Positions 27,506 through 37,566 are shown, counted from the first letter of the stretch. The stretch is 64,000 nt of DNA from Mycobacteriales bacterium (GCA_036268295.1 DATAUK010000015.1:9527-73526); one strand, 5' to 3'. A program made the numbers and translations. Notes: generated by a model from the letters alone, not told the origin.

Positions 27506-28390
27506 ATGTCCTTCATCAACCTGGTCATCTACGGCATCGCCAACGGCCTGATCTATGCCGCCGTCGCGCTGGCGCTGGTGTTGATCTGGCGCTCGACCCG
27601 GATCGTGAACTTCGCCCAGGGCGGCATGCTGATGTTCACCACGTTCATCGCCTGGGAGCTAGTGGTCAAGCACCATCAGAGCTATTGGCTGGGCCTGGTC
27701 GTCGCGATGGCAGCCGGGCTTGTCCTCGGCGGTTTTGTCGAGCGGGTCCTGGTGCGGCCGGTCGAGAACGGCCCGCCGCTCAACCCGGTCATCGTGACCC
27801 TCGGTCTGCTGCTGATGTTGGAGGGCTTCGCCGGGATGATCTGGGGCAACGGCCTGAGCTCGTTCCCACCCGAGTTCTCGGTGAACTACTACCACGTCGG
27901 CCATCAGGTGATCCTGTTCTCGCCGTACTTCCTGTTCATCGTGATCGCGGTCGCCGCCGTGGGACTTGCGCTCTATCTACTGTTCCAGCGATCGCCGCTC
28001 GGCCTGCGGATGCGCGCGTCGGCGTTCAGCCCCGAGGTGGCGCGGCTGCTCGGGGTCCGGGTCGGCCGGATGCTGACCCTGGGCTGGGCACTGGCGGCGG
28101 CGGTCGGGGCGCTTGCCGGTGTGCTGATCGCCGGCACGCAGCCGAACTACATCAATCCGAACGGGTTCGACAGTCTGTTGATCTTCGGATTCACCGCCGC
28201 GGTCATCGGCGGTCTGGACTCCGCGGTCGGCGCGGTGGTCGGCGGCGTGCTGCTCGGCGTCGCGCTGGAGATCCTCGACGTGCACGTCAGCAACGACATC
28301 GACAGCTTCTTCGTCTTCGCCCTGCTGCTCATCGTCTTGATGATCCGGCCGAACGGGTTGTTCGCCCGGACGGCGGTGAGACGGGTATGA
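27506..28390 (+). CDS. ABC transporter permease (LivH-like)
   Basis: YAAVALALVLIWRSTRIVNFAQG, GLRMRASA, GGLDS. Confidence 0.92.
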   Translation: MSFINLVIYGIANGLIYAAVALALVLIWRSTRIVNFAQGGMLMFTTFIAWELVVKHHQSYWLGLVVAMAAGLVLGGFVERVLVRPVENGPPLNPVIVTLGLLLMLEGFAGMIWGNGLSSFPPEFSVNYYHVGHQVILFSPYFLFIVIAVAAVGLALYLLFQRSPLGLRMRASAFSPEVARLLGVRVGRMLTLGWALAAAVGALAGVLIAGTQPNYINPNGFDSLLIFGFTAAVIGGLDSAVGAVVGGVLLGVALEILDVHVSNDIDSFFVFALLLIVLMIRPNGLFARTAVRRV

Positions 28391-29430
28391 AGCTGCCGGC
28401 CGTGCTGACGCGATCGACCGCGCTGCGCAACCTTGCGATCACCGTCGTCGCCGGGCTCGTGCTGTTCGGGCTGACCGAGGTGTTCTCGGAGTATCGCAAC
28501 ACCCAGCTCGCCAACGCCGGCATCAACTTCTGCGCGATTGCCGGCCTGACGGTGCTGACCGGGCTCTCCGGACAGATCTCGCTCGGCAACGGCGCGTTCA
28601 TGTTCATCGGCGCCTACACCGTCGCGCTGCTCCTCAAGCACCATCCGAGCACGAGCAATCCGGAGCTGGTGCTGATCGTGGTCGCGGCGGTCGTCGTCGC
28701 GGCGATCGTCGGCGGCTTCGTTGGCACGGCCGCCGCGAGGCTGCGTGGGCCCTATCTCGCCGGCGTCACACTGGCGCTCGCCCTTGGGGTGCCGGTGCTT
28801 CCCGACTACCAGCATCTTGAAGGACCGCTCGGTGGACATGCCGGGCTCATCGTGAACGCGCCGGGCCCGCCGGGCGGCACGCTGGATCTCGAAAGATGGC
28901 AGGCCTGGATCTGTTGCCTGGCCGCGCTGGTCACGTTCTTCGTCTTGGCCAACCTTAGGAGCAGCCGGGTCGGCCGGTCGTTCACCGCGGTTCGCGACGA
29001 CGAGATTGCGGCATCGCTGGCCGGCATGTCGGTGCCGCGGATCCAGATCCTCGCCTTCGTCGTCAGCGCCGGATCGGCCGGCCTTGCCGGCGCGATGCTC
29101 GCGATCATCGACGGTCAGATCGGCCCACAATCCTTCCCGCTACAGATCTCGTTGTTCCTGCTCGCCGGAGCCGTCTTCGGCGGGCTCGGCAGCATGGCCG
29201 GCGCGGCGTACGGCGCGGTGCTCATCACCTTCCTCGGCGGCTGGTCGACTGACCTTTCCAATGCGCTGTCGCTACCGAGCAAGGTCGACCTGAACCTGCC
29301 ACCGGCGTTCTACGGTCTCGTGCTCATCGTCTCGATGCTGCTGTTTCCCTTTGGATTGCAAGGGTTGGTGCGCCGCGGCTGGCACCGGGTGCGGACCCGG
29401 ACCCGCCCCGTCGAGGTCGCCGCGCGATAA
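28387..29430 (+). CDS. ABC transporter permease (LivM-like)
   Basis: ATG overlapping the livH stop; GLSGQISLGNGAF, RLRGPYLAGVTL, AVRDDEIAA. Confidence 0.92.
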   Translation: MKLPAVLTRSTALRNLAITVVAGLVLFGLTEVFSEYRNTQLANAGINFCAIAGLTVLTGLSGQISLGNGAFMFIGAYTVALLLKHHPSTSNPELVLIVVAAVVVAAIVGGFVGTAAARLRGPYLAGVTLALALGVPVLPDYQHLEGPLGGHAGLIVNAPGPPGGTLDLERWQAWICCLAALVTFFVLANLRSSRVGRSFTAVRDDEIAASLAGMSVPRIQILAFVVSAGSAGLAGAMLAIIDGQIGPQSFPLQISLFLLAGAVFGGLGSMAGAAYGAVLITFLGGWSTDLSNALSLPSKVDLNLPPAFYGLVLIVSMLLFPFGLQGLVRRGWHRVRTRTRPVEVAAR

Positions 29431-29522
29431 CGCCTGGAAAACGAAACTGGCCAGTAACTAGGAATCGAACCAGATTCGGAATAGGTTCCCGCCAGCATCT
29501 CTCCTAGCGACCCGGAGGAACT

Positions 29523-30812
29523 ATGACCAAGGCCCCCCTGCGGCTCCTTGCCACCGGTGTAGTGGTGGCGCTTGCCGTTGCCGCCTGTGGCGGCGGCGGC
29601 AGCAAGGCGTCCGCACCCGGCGTCACGGCGACGACCGTCACGATCGGAAGTCACCAGCCGCTCACCGGTGTGGCGGCTCCGGGCTATAGCGAGATTGCGC
29701 CCGCTTCGAACGCGTACTTCAAGTACATCAACGCTAACGGCGGGATCAACGGCCGGACGATTAACTACACCTACCTCGATGACGGGTACAACCCCGCCAA
29801 CACCGTCACGGTCGTTCACAAGCTGGTCGAGCAGGACAAGGTCTTCGCGATCTTCAACGGCCTCGGCACCCCGACGCATCAGGCGGTCGTGAGCTACCTC
29901 AACCAGCAAAAGGTGCCGGACCTGTTCGTCGCCTCCGGCTGCCTGTGCTGGAACCAGACGACGACCGATCCCGAGACCTTCGGCTGGCAGCCCGACTACA
30001 CCGTCGAGGGGAAGATCCTCGGGCAGTACATCGCGAAGAACTTCCCCGGCAAGAAGGTCGGAATCTTCGCGCAGAACGACGACTTCGGGACCAACGGCAT
30101 CAAGGGCCTCGAGGACGAGATTCCGGCCAGCTCGGTCGTCTCGACCCAGCGCTACGACCCGACCAACATCAAGATCACCCCGCAGGTCCAGGCGCTGCAG
30201 CAGTCAGGCGCCGAGATCGTCGTGTCGTTCAGCGTGCCGGCGTTCACCGCGCTGCTCAAGCTCACCTCGGTGGCGCTGAAGTTCAACCCGCAGCTCGTGG
30301 TCAGCAACGTCGGGTCCGACCCGATCACGCTGTCCGGTCTCATCTCGAGCTTCTCCAAGGGCAAGGCTCCCGGCCAGGCGCTGATCCAGGGGATCATCAG
30401 CGACACCTACCTGGCGCCGCCCTCGGATGCCAGCAACAGCTGGATCCAGCTGTTCAAGAAGATCCACGACAAGTACATCCCGAAGCTGCCGTTCGACGGC
30501 AACGTGGAGTACGGGATGGCCGCGGCGTACACCTTCGCGCAGGCGCTCAAGGCGGCCGGGAAGAACCCGACCAGAGCCAGCATCGTGGCTGCGGTTGAAA
30601 AGGGCGGCTTCAGCGGGCCCGGCTTGGTGCCGTTCGCGTTCTCGAGCTCCTCGCACTCCGGTTACACCGGCGTGCAGATCGCGAAGATCCAGGGGCTGGT
30701 CGGAGTGCCGGTCGGCACGCCGCTGGTGACCGACGACACTCCGAAGGGTGCCATCACGCCGTACACCACCGCTGAGCCGGCGGCTCCCTCCAACGGGATC
30801 CCGAGCGACTGA
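29523..30812 (+). CDS. ABC transporter substrate-binding lipoprotein (LivJ/K-like fold)
   Basis: GGAGG RBS; lipobox AVAAC; GGINGR, DDGYNP, VEQDKVFAIF. Confidence 0.9.
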   Translation: MTKAPLRLLATGVVVALAVAACGGGGSKASAPGVTATTVTIGSHQPLTGVAAPGYSEIAPASNAYFKYINANGGINGRTINYTYLDDGYNPANTVTVVHKLVEQDKVFAIFNGLGTPTHQAVVSYLNQQKVPDLFVASGCLCWNQTTTDPETFGWQPDYTVEGKILGQYIAKNFPGKKVGIFAQNDDFGTNGIKGLEDEIPASSVVSTQRYDPTNIKITPQVQALQQSGAEIVVSFSVPAFTALLKLTSVALKFNPQLVVSNVGSDPITLSGLISSFSKGKAPGQALIQGIISDTYLAPPSDASNSWIQLFKKIHDKYIPKLPFDGNVEYGMAAAYTFAQALKAAGKNPTRASIVAAVEKGGFSGPGLVPFAFSSSSHSGYTGVQIAKIQGLVGVPVGTPLVTDDTPKGAITPYTTAEPAAPSNGIPSD

Positions 30813-30833
30813 TCGAGGCGCTTGATCAATCGG

Positions 30834-30864
30834 CGACGGCCGGCCCGGACCGGGCCGGCCGTCG
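30834..30864 (+). terminator. Strong hairpin after the substrate-binding gene
   Basis: Perfect 15-bp arms CGACGGCCGGCCCGG-A-CCGGGCCGGCCGTCG followed by TTGT. Confidence 0.7.
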
Positions 30865-30900
30865 TTGTGCCCGGGCTTGGTGAGGGAGACTGACGGCGAG

Positions 30901-31434
30901 ATGAGCGATCGACCGACGATCCCGCCAGGGGAGCGCTTCGCGGACACCGACGCGTGGGACAAGGACCGGATCAAGGCGCCGCACCTGTGGCACACGCTGG
31001 GCTATCGGCGACTGTCCTGGGAGCCGGGCGCGACGTCGATCGCGTGGGACGCGTCGCCGGACTACTGCTTCCCGACCTCAGGTGGACCGATCGTCCAGGG
31101 TGGGCTGGTGACCGCCCTGCTCGATGCCGCGATGGGCGGCGCCTGCTGGACCGTGCTCGATCGAGACCAGGCGTTCCTGACCGCGGACCTTCGGGTGGAG
31201 TTCGTCCGCTCGGCGCAGGTCGGCACGGTCTCAGCGCACGGCTGGGTTGTGCGGCGTACCCGTCGGGTGGTGTTCTGCGCGGCCGAGCTTCATCGCGGTG
31301 AAGCCAAGGGCGAGCTGTTGGCGAGCAGTCGCTGCACCCAGGTGGTCCTGCCGGCCGAGGGTCGTGCGGGGCGCTATGACAAGCCGGCCGGCGACGGCGC
31401 CGACGGGGCACCGCCGGACGACGCGCGAGGATGA
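30901..31434 (+). CDS. PaaI-family hotdog thioesterase
   Basis: VQGGLVTALLDAAMG, TADLRVEFVRS, RRTRRVVFCAAEL. Confidence 0.88.
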   Translation: MSDRPTIPPGERFADTDAWDKDRIKAPHLWHTLGYRRLSWEPGATSIAWDASPDYCFPTSGGPIVQGGLVTALLDAAMGGACWTVLDRDQAFLTADLRVEFVRSAQVGTVSAHGWVVRRTRRVVFCAAELHRGEAKGELLASSRCTQVVLPAEGRAGRYDKPAGDGADGAPPDDARG

Positions 31435-31438
31435 GCCC

Positions 31439-32515
31439 ATGACCGCTGACGACGTCACGACCTTGAGTGAGCAGGCCGCGCCGAGCGCTGCCGTCGGCGG
31501 CTACCTCGCTGAGCGGCTTGGTGACGACGGCTGGCGGGACTGCTCGCTCGAGCTGGTTGCCGGTGGCCGGTCCAACTTGACCTTCATCGTGACCTCGGCG
31601 GCCGGTGACGCGGTGCTGCGGCGCCCGCCACTGTCCAACCGGCTGCCGACCGCGCACGACATGGGCCGCGAGCACCGGGTGATATCGGCGCTGGGCGAGA
31701 CCGCGGTGCCGGTGCCGAAGACACTGGCGATGTGCACTGACGAGGACGTCATCGGGGCGCCGTTCTACGTGATGGACCGGGTCGCCGGGCACATCGTGCG
31801 CGACGTGATGCCTGACGGCTACGCCGAGTCCGCGGCTGATCGTCACGCGATAGGCACCGGGTTGATCGACGTCCTGGCGGAGCTGCATGCCGTCGTGCCG
31901 TCGAGTGTGGGGCTGGCCGACTACGGCAAACCGGCCGGCTACCTCGACCGCCAAATCCGGCGCTGGACGATGCAGTGGGACGCCACTCGGATCGCCGACG
32001 AACCGGGAGGCACCGAGCTCGACCGGCTCGCCACGCGGCTCGCCGACGCGATGCCGGCCTCGGCGACCGGACCGATCGTTCACGGTGACTACCGGATGGA
32101 CAACGTCCTGCTCGATCCGGTCACGCCGGGCAAGATGGCCGCCGTACTCGACTGGGAGCTTTCGACGCTCGGCGATCCGCTTGCCGATGTCGGGTTGTTC
32201 TACATCTACTGGCAGGACCGCTCGGACAGCGCGACGCAGTCCGCGGCCGGCCTGCTGCCATGGGTCACCCGGCTCGAGGGCTTCCCGAGCCGGCTCGAGC
32301 TGCTCGACCGCTACGCCGCGCGGACCGGCCGGGATCTGACCGCGCTGCCGTGGTACGTCGGATTCGCCTGTTTCAAGCTCGCCGTGGTGCTGTCCGGCGT
32401 CGCGGCGCGCGGCCGGGCCGGCGCGATGATCGGCGACGGCTTCGTGGAGATGGCCGCCCGAATCGCGCCCCTGGTCGACGTCGGCCATACCGCCCTATCC
32501 GGCCAGCTCGGCTAA
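31439..32515 (+). CDS. Phosphotransferase family protein (APH-like, ACAD10/11 kinase-domain type)
   Basis: GGRSNLTF, VLRRPP, AHDMGREH, HGDYRMDN, LDWELSTLGDPLAD. Confidence 0.9.
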   Translation: MTADDVTTLSEQAAPSAAVGGYLAERLGDDGWRDCSLELVAGGRSNLTFIVTSAAGDAVLRRPPLSNRLPTAHDMGREHRVISALGETAVPVPKTLAMCTDEDVIGAPFYVMDRVAGHIVRDVMPDGYAESAADRHAIGTGLIDVLAELHAVVPSSVGLADYGKPAGYLDRQIRRWTMQWDATRIADEPGGTELDRLATRLADAMPASATGPIVHGDYRMDNVLLDPVTPGKMAAVLDWELSTLGDPLADVGLFYIYWQDRSDSATQSAAGLLPWVTRLEGFPSRLELLDRYAARTGRDLTALPWYVGFACFKLAVVLSGVAARGRAGAMIGDGFVEMAARIAPLVDVGHTALSGQLG

Positions 32516-32604
32516 CCCGAGCGATCAGTCAGATCTCCCGGGCGCCATGGCGCCGTTACGTTCTGACACAACAGCGAGGGGGTGGGGGTCAGCCCGCTCG
32601 CGGG

Positions 32605-33369
32605 TCAGACGCCGCCCCTCGAGGTGATGCCGCCGTCGATGATCACGGTCTGGCCGGTGATCCACGACGCATCGTCGGAGAGCAGGAACGCCGCGAGCTT
32701 CGAGGTGTCGTTCGGCACGCCGAGCCGCTTGAGGGGATAACGCTCGGCGACGGCGGCCTCGTCGTTCTCATACAGCGCTTTGGCGAAGTCGGTCTTGACG
32801 ACGGCCGGCGCGATGCCGTTGACCCGGACCATCGGGCCGAGCTCCTGAGCGAGCTGGCGGGTCAGATGGACCAGCGCCGCCTTGCTGGCGTTGTAGGCGC
32901 CGATGAACGGCCCGGGCACGAAACCGCCGACCGACGCGACGTTGAGGATGGCGCCGCCGTTGTCGCGCTGCCAGGTCCGCCATGCCAGCTGCGTCCACGC
33001 CAGCGCCGCCACCACGTTGACCTCGAAGATCTTGCGTACGGCGGCCAGGTCGGCATCGACGAGCGGACCGAAGTGCGGGTTGACGGCGGCATTGTTGACC
33101 ACGAAGTCGATCCGGCCGAACGCCGCCATGGTCGCCTCGACCGCAGCGTGCTGATGCTCGCTGTCGTCCGCGCTGCCACGGGCGGCGACAGCCCGGCCGG
33201 ACCCGTCGGGATCGAGTTTGGCGATCGCGCTGTCGAGCTCGTCCGGCTTGCGCGCGGTGATGCAGACCGAGGCGCCGCGAGCTACCAGCTCACGGGCGAT
33301 GCCGAAGCCGATGCCGCGGGTCGCGCCGGTGACGATCGCGCTGCGGCCAGTGAAGTCATCCATGCTCAT
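32605..33369 (-). CDS. SDR oxidoreductase (DHRS4/FabG-like)
   Basis: TGATRGIG, NNAAVNP, YNASK, VNGIAPAVVKT, ITGQTVIIDGG. Confidence 0.92.
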   Translation of the reverse strand: MSMDDFTGRSAIVTGATRGIGFGIARELVARGASVCITARKPDELDSAIAKLDPDGSGRAVAARGSADDSEHQHAAVEATMAAFGRIDFVVNNAAVNPHFGPLVDADLAAVRKIFEVNVVAALAWTQLAWRTWQRDNGGAILNVASVGGFVPGPFIGAYNASKAALVHLTRQLAQELGPMVRVNGIAPAVVKTDFAKALYENDEAAVAERYPLKRLGVPNDTSKLAAFLLSDDASWITGQTVIIDGGITSRGGV

Positions 33370-33518
33370 GGCCGGACACGTTGCCATATCGCCATCCACC
33401 GGCCGACGCTCGGGCACCGTTGTCCACATTTGGCCTCACCTGGTCCCACCGGCAGATGTGGGCGGCGAGGCTGGCTGGGCCGGCGAGCGCCGCGCGAGGA
33501 TCAGTGAGGAGCGAGGCG

Positions 33519-33968
33519 ATGGACACGTTCGTGACAGTGCACGGCAACCTGGTGGCCGATCCGGTCCAGCGATCGACCGCGAGCGGCGCCACGGTGGTGG
33601 GCCTGCGGCTCGCCTCGAGCGGCCGGCGGTTCGACAAGGCAAGCGGAGAGTTTCGCGACGGCGACACCATGTACATAAGCGTGTCCTGCTGGCGCTCGCT
33701 CGCCGGACACGTGCTGGCGAGCCTGCGCAAGGGCGACAGCGTGGTCGTCCTCGGCCGGTTGCTGTTCCGCAGCTATGACGACAAGCAGGGCAACCGTCGT
33801 ACGGTTCACGAGCTCGACGCGATCGCGCTCGGTCCCGACCTGTCGCGCTGCGCCGCGGATCTGCGCCGGGCGCCGCGCGCCAACGACGGGGATTCGCAGC
33901 CGGCTGAGCAGCCCTGCGAGCCGTCGGCCGACGTGACGGCCACGCCGGCTGTGCCGGTCGCGGCCTGA
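33519..33968 (+). CDS. ssb: Single-stranded DNA-binding protein, secondary (SsbB-type) paralog
   Basis: TVHGNLVADP, LRLASSGRRFD, SVSCWRSLA, LRKGDSVVVLGRL; next to ettA as in other actinobacteria. Confidence 0.88.
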   Translation: MDTFVTVHGNLVADPVQRSTASGATVVGLRLASSGRRFDKASGEFRDGDTMYISVSCWRSLAGHVLASLRKGDSVVVLGRLLFRSYDDKQGNRRTVHELDAIALGPDLSRCAADLRRAPRANDGDSQPAEQPCEPSADVTATPAVPVAA

Positions 33969-33989
33969 CCGAGCGCGGCTGGTGTGTGC

Positions 33990-35282
33990 TTACCGAGTGG
34001 TGACCGAGATCGGCGCTGAGCTCGTGGTGCCGCCAGGGTTGCGCGCGACCATCCGTACGGCGTACTTCTTGTGGCCGGCCAGACCATGGACGGTCAGTCG
34101 GACGTGACGAGCGACCAGCTTGTTGCGCGCCGTCACCCAGGGCGACTCCCGAACCGTGTGACCGTGGGTCGCCACGACGCGCACCTGCGCTCGCAGCCCT
34201 TCGGCGTACACGTCGGCGCTGACGGTCGCCGAGTCCGCAGAAACGCCGCGCTTCTTCAGGTGGGTGATCGCCGGTCGTTGCAGGAACTCGTAGGCGCCGA
34301 TGTCCGGTGCGCTGCCCACCCGCCGAGGTCGACCGACCAGGTCGGTGTCGTGTGCCGGGTCCGTGGCGCCCTTGTCGATGGTCGGCGAACTGGGCGCCTC
34401 GCGGAAGTTGCTCTGATCAGGAGCCGCGAAGCGGGTGGGTTTGGAGACGTCAGTCGCATTGCCGTTGACCGCTGCCTCGCCGCCGCCGGCATCGCTCGCC
34501 GTTGAGTGGTGGTAGTCGCTGTGTTTCAGGTTGACCGTCGCGGTGGCGGTCGACGCGTTGGTCGAGGACTCCACGTCTTGCAACCCGCCCTGGAAGATGT
34601 CGTTCGTCGCGGTGACGGTGATTGCGGTGAACTCGCCGGCGGCGGCGAGCAGGCCGATTCCGTGTGGATCGGTAGCGACTGCGGTCACACCGCGGATCGT
34701 GACATTGAGGTGTTTGGTCGGCGGCACTTCACTGCCCCTTGTCATGGCAAGGGCGGTGCTGTCCTCGCCGCGGGCCACACACAACGAGTCGACGATCGAG
34801 TCGTACACCGCGCAGGCGCTGGCGCCGTCGCCGTTCGACAGGACGATGACGTGCGAGACGGTCCCCAACGCGAAGAGTCCGGAAGTCGAGCCGGAGGAGT
34901 CGATCTGGACGTTGCTCAGCGCCACGCTCTTCGCGGTCTCCAGCCCGATCTTCGCAGCGAGATGGATGATCGGTCGCTCCTTGTTGACCGCGCCGTGGAT
35001 CGACAGACCCGGTGCCTCGGCTGAGAGCGCGGTGGGGATTTGGTGTTGCTGTGAGCCATACGTTCCTGGCCCGACGATCACTTCTTGACCCCGGCCGGCA
35101 TGGTTGATCGCGGTGACGATGCTGCAGGGGTGTGCCGATGAACACGCCGTGCCCTTCCCTGACGGGCTGGCATAGCGAGTGGCACCCGGGCCGGCCGAGG
35201 CGGCGCCGGGCGCCGCAATTGCAGCGAGGCCGGCGGCGACGACCAGCACGGACAGCGAAACCAGGTGGCGGCTCGGCATCAT
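33990..35282 (-). CDS. Secreted protein with beta-helix-like body, choice-of-anchor Q-like motif and C-terminal FN3-like domain
   Basis: Signal ...PGAASA; RYASPSG; SPTIDKGA..DLVGRPR...PDIGAYE; YAVRMVARNPGGTT. Confidence 0.7.
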   Translation of the reverse strand: MMPSRHLVSLSVLVVAAGLAAIAAPGAASAGPGATRYASPSGKGTACSSAHPCSIVTAINHAGRGQEVIVGPGTYGSQQHQIPTALSAEAPGLSIHGAVNKERPIIHLAAKIGLETAKSVALSNVQIDSSGSTSGLFALGTVSHVIVLSNGDGASACAVYDSIVDSLCVARGEDSTALAMTRGSEVPPTKHLNVTIRGVTAVATDPHGIGLLAAAGEFTAITVTATNDIFQGGLQDVESSTNASTATATVNLKHSDYHHSTASDAGGGEAAVNGNATDVSKPTRFAAPDQSNFREAPSSPTIDKGATDPAHDTDLVGRPRRVGSAPDIGAYEFLQRPAITHLKKRGVSADSATVSADVYAEGLRAQVRVVATHGHTVRESPWVTARNKLVARHVRLTVHGLAGHKKYAVRMVARNPGGTTSSAPISVTTR

Positions 35283-35326
35283 GGCGGGACTGTAACGCGA
35301 GCGTGGAGGATGCGCAGCCAGGATCA

Positions 35327-35794
35327 CTAACAGAGGTCGACCGATCCGATGCCGACCGGCCCGACCCAGCGCAGGTCGTCGAGGTTGACCACGATCGCCT
35401 CCTGCGTGGTCCGTGCCAGTACGACGACCGCCTCGGCGACAGGATCGGGGTTCTCTTCGCGATGCGGCACCCAAGGCGGGACGTAGATGTAGTCGCCCGG
35501 GCTGGTGGCCAACCGGGTCTCTTCGTCGTCGTCGAGGAACACGAACTCGGGATGACCGCTGAGGATGTAGATCCCGGTCTCGGACTTGCCATGGTGATGG
35601 TTGGCCGACCGGGTCGCGGGTGCGACGTGGGTCTGGCCCATCCACAGCGCCGAAGAGCCGACCGAGGCGCCCGAGATCGCCTCGACCCGGCGCATGCCTG
35701 GTGTCTGCCCAGTGGCGTTCGACAAACTCGGCGCGCCGACCTGATAGAGCCGCCGGTGGAACCCATCGGGCCCGCACTCGATGCGATCTTCCAT
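35327..35794 (-). CDS. Cupin domain protein
   Basis: NHHHGKSETGIYILSG, GDYIYVPPWVPHREEN. Confidence 0.87.
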   Translation of the reverse strand: MEDRIECGPDGFHRRLYQVGAPSLSNATGQTPGMRRVEAISGASVGSSALWMGQTHVAPATRSANHHHGKSETGIYILSGHPEFVFLDDDEETRLATSPGDYIYVPPWVPHREENPDPVAEAVVVLARTTQEAIVVNLDDLRWVGPVGIGSVDLC

Positions 35795-35889
35795 ATCGGG
35801 TTGGCCTCACTTCCTTATGGACAGCCTTATTTCTAGCCTGTGTACGCCGGCGGCGCGCGCCACCGCACGGCTATCCGTAGCCTGGATCC

Positions 35890-37566
35890 GTGGCCCAATA
35901 CATCTACTCAATGCACAACGTCCGCAAAGCCCATGGCGACAAGGTGATCCTCGACAACGTCACGTTGTCGTTCTTGCCGGGTGCCAAGATCGGGGTGGTC
36001 GGCCCCAACGGCGCGGGCAAGTCCAGCGTGCTCAAGATCATGGCGGGCATGGACACGCCGTCGAACGGCGATGCCGCGCTTGCGCCCGGATACACCGTCG
36101 GCATCCTGCTGCAGGAGCCGCCGCTCGACGAGACCAAGGACGTGCGCGGCAACGTCGACGAGGCGGTCGCCGACATCAAGGCCATGGTCGATCGGTTCAA
36201 CGCGATCGGCGACGAGATGGCAGTGGAATACACCGAGGAGCTCGGCAACGAGATGGGCGTGCTGCAGGAGGCGATCGAGCACGCCAACGGCTGGGACATC
36301 GACAGCCGGATCGAGATGGCGATGGACGCGCTGCGGCTGCCACCGGGCGATGCGGACGTCACCGTTCTCTCCGGCGGCGAGCGCCGCCGGGTCGCATTGT
36401 GCAAGCTCCTGCTCGAGCAGCCCGACCTGTTGCTGCTCGACGAGCCGACCAACCATCTCGACGCCGAGAGCGTGCAGTGGCTCGAGCAGCACCTCGCCGC
36501 CTACCCGGGCACCGTCCTCGCAGTCACCCACGATCGCTACTTCCTGGACAACGTCGCCGAGTGGATCCTCGAGCTAGACCGTGGGCGGGCCTATCCCTAC
36601 GAGGGCAACTACACGACGTACCTCGAGTCGAAGTCCAGCCGGATCAAGGTCGAAGGCGCTAAGGACATCAAGCGCAAGAAGGAGATCGAGCGCGAGCTCG
36701 AGTGGGTGCGATCCAGTCCGCGGGCGCGGCAGGCGAAGAGCAAGGCCCGGCTCGCCCGGTTCGACGAGCTGGTCGCCGAGGCCGACCGTCATGCGCCGGT
36801 CGACATCGACGCGATCCAGATCCCGGCCGGCCCCCGACTCGGCTCGCAGGTCATCGAGACCGGTCAGCTCCGCAAGGGCTTCGGCGACCGAGTGCTGATC
36901 GACGATCTGTCGTTCTCGCTGCCGCCTGGCGGCATCGTCGGGATCTTGGGCCCGAACGGCGTCGGCAAGACGACGCTGTTCAAGATGATCATCGGTGACG
37001 AGAAGCCCGACGGCGGCGAGCTGCGGATCGGCGAGACGGTCAAGATCTCCTACGTCGACCAGAGCCGCGCCGGCCTAGACCCCAAGAAGACGTTGTGGGA
37101 GGCGGTCTCCGGCGGCACCGACTACATCAATGTCGGGAAGACCGAGATCAACAGCCGCGCGTACGTCGCGTCATTCGGCTTCAAGGGACCCGACCAGCAG
37201 AAGCCGACCGGGGTGCTCTCCGGTGGCGAGCGCAACCGGCTGAACCTCGCGCTGACTCTCAAAAGCGGTGGCAACGTGCTGTTGCTCGACGAGCCGACTA
37301 ACGACCTCGATGTCGAGACGTTGCGGTCGCTCGAGGATGCGCTCGAGGACTTCCCGGGATGTGCGGTGGTCATCAGCCACGACCGCTGGTTCCTCGACAA
37401 GGTCGCCACGCACATCCTGGCGTGGGAAGGCACCGACGACCAGCCCGGCCGTTGGTTCTGGTTCGAAGGCGGCTTCAGCGACTACGAGCGCAACAAGGTC
37501 GAGCGGCTCGGCGAGGAGGCAGCCCGCCCGCACCGCGCGACGTACCGGCGGCTGGGACGCGACTGA
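35890..37566 (+). CDS. ettA: Energy-dependent translational throttle protein (ABC-F)
   Basis: MAQYIYSM, two ABC cassettes, RQAKSKARL linker, ends RPHRATYRRL. Confidence 0.97.
   Translation: MAQYIYSMHNVRKAHGDKVILDNVTLSFLPGAKIGVVGPNGAGKSSVLKIMAGMDTPSNGDAALAPGYTVGILLQEPPLDETKDVRGNVDEAVADIKAMVDRFNAIGDEMAVEYTEELGNEMGVLQEAIEHANGWDIDSRIEMAMDALRLPPGDADVTVLSGGERRRVALCKLLLEQPDLLLLDEPTNHLDAESVQWLEQHLAAYPGTVLAVTHDRYFLDNVAEWILELDRGRAYPYEGNYTTYLESKSSRIKVEGAKDIKRKKEIERELEWVRSSPRARQAKSKARLARFDELVAEADRHAPVDIDAIQIPAGPRLGSQVIETGQLRKGFGDRVLIDDLSFSLPPGGIVGILGPNGVGKTTLFKMIIGDEKPDGGELRIGETVKISYVDQSRAGLDPKKTLWEAVSGGTDYINVGKTEINSRAYVASFGFKGPDQQKPTGVLSGGERNRLNLALTLKSGGNVLLLDEPTNDLDVETLRSLEDALEDFPGCAVVISHDRWFLDKVATHILAWEGTDDQPGRWFWFEGGFSDYERNKVERLGEEAARPHRATYRRLGRD

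Noticed and set aside
27496-28386. N-terminal half of the 644-aa ORF fused to LivM
   Set aside because: Overlaps livH out of frame; the real livM starts at ATG 28387
30971-32488. 505-aa minus-strand ORF
   Set aside because: Antisense to the thioesterase and phosphotransferase genes
35797-35837. Two weak IdeR-like matches upstream of the cupin
   Set aside because: Only about 12 of 19 matches each, and partly explained by the cupin RBS
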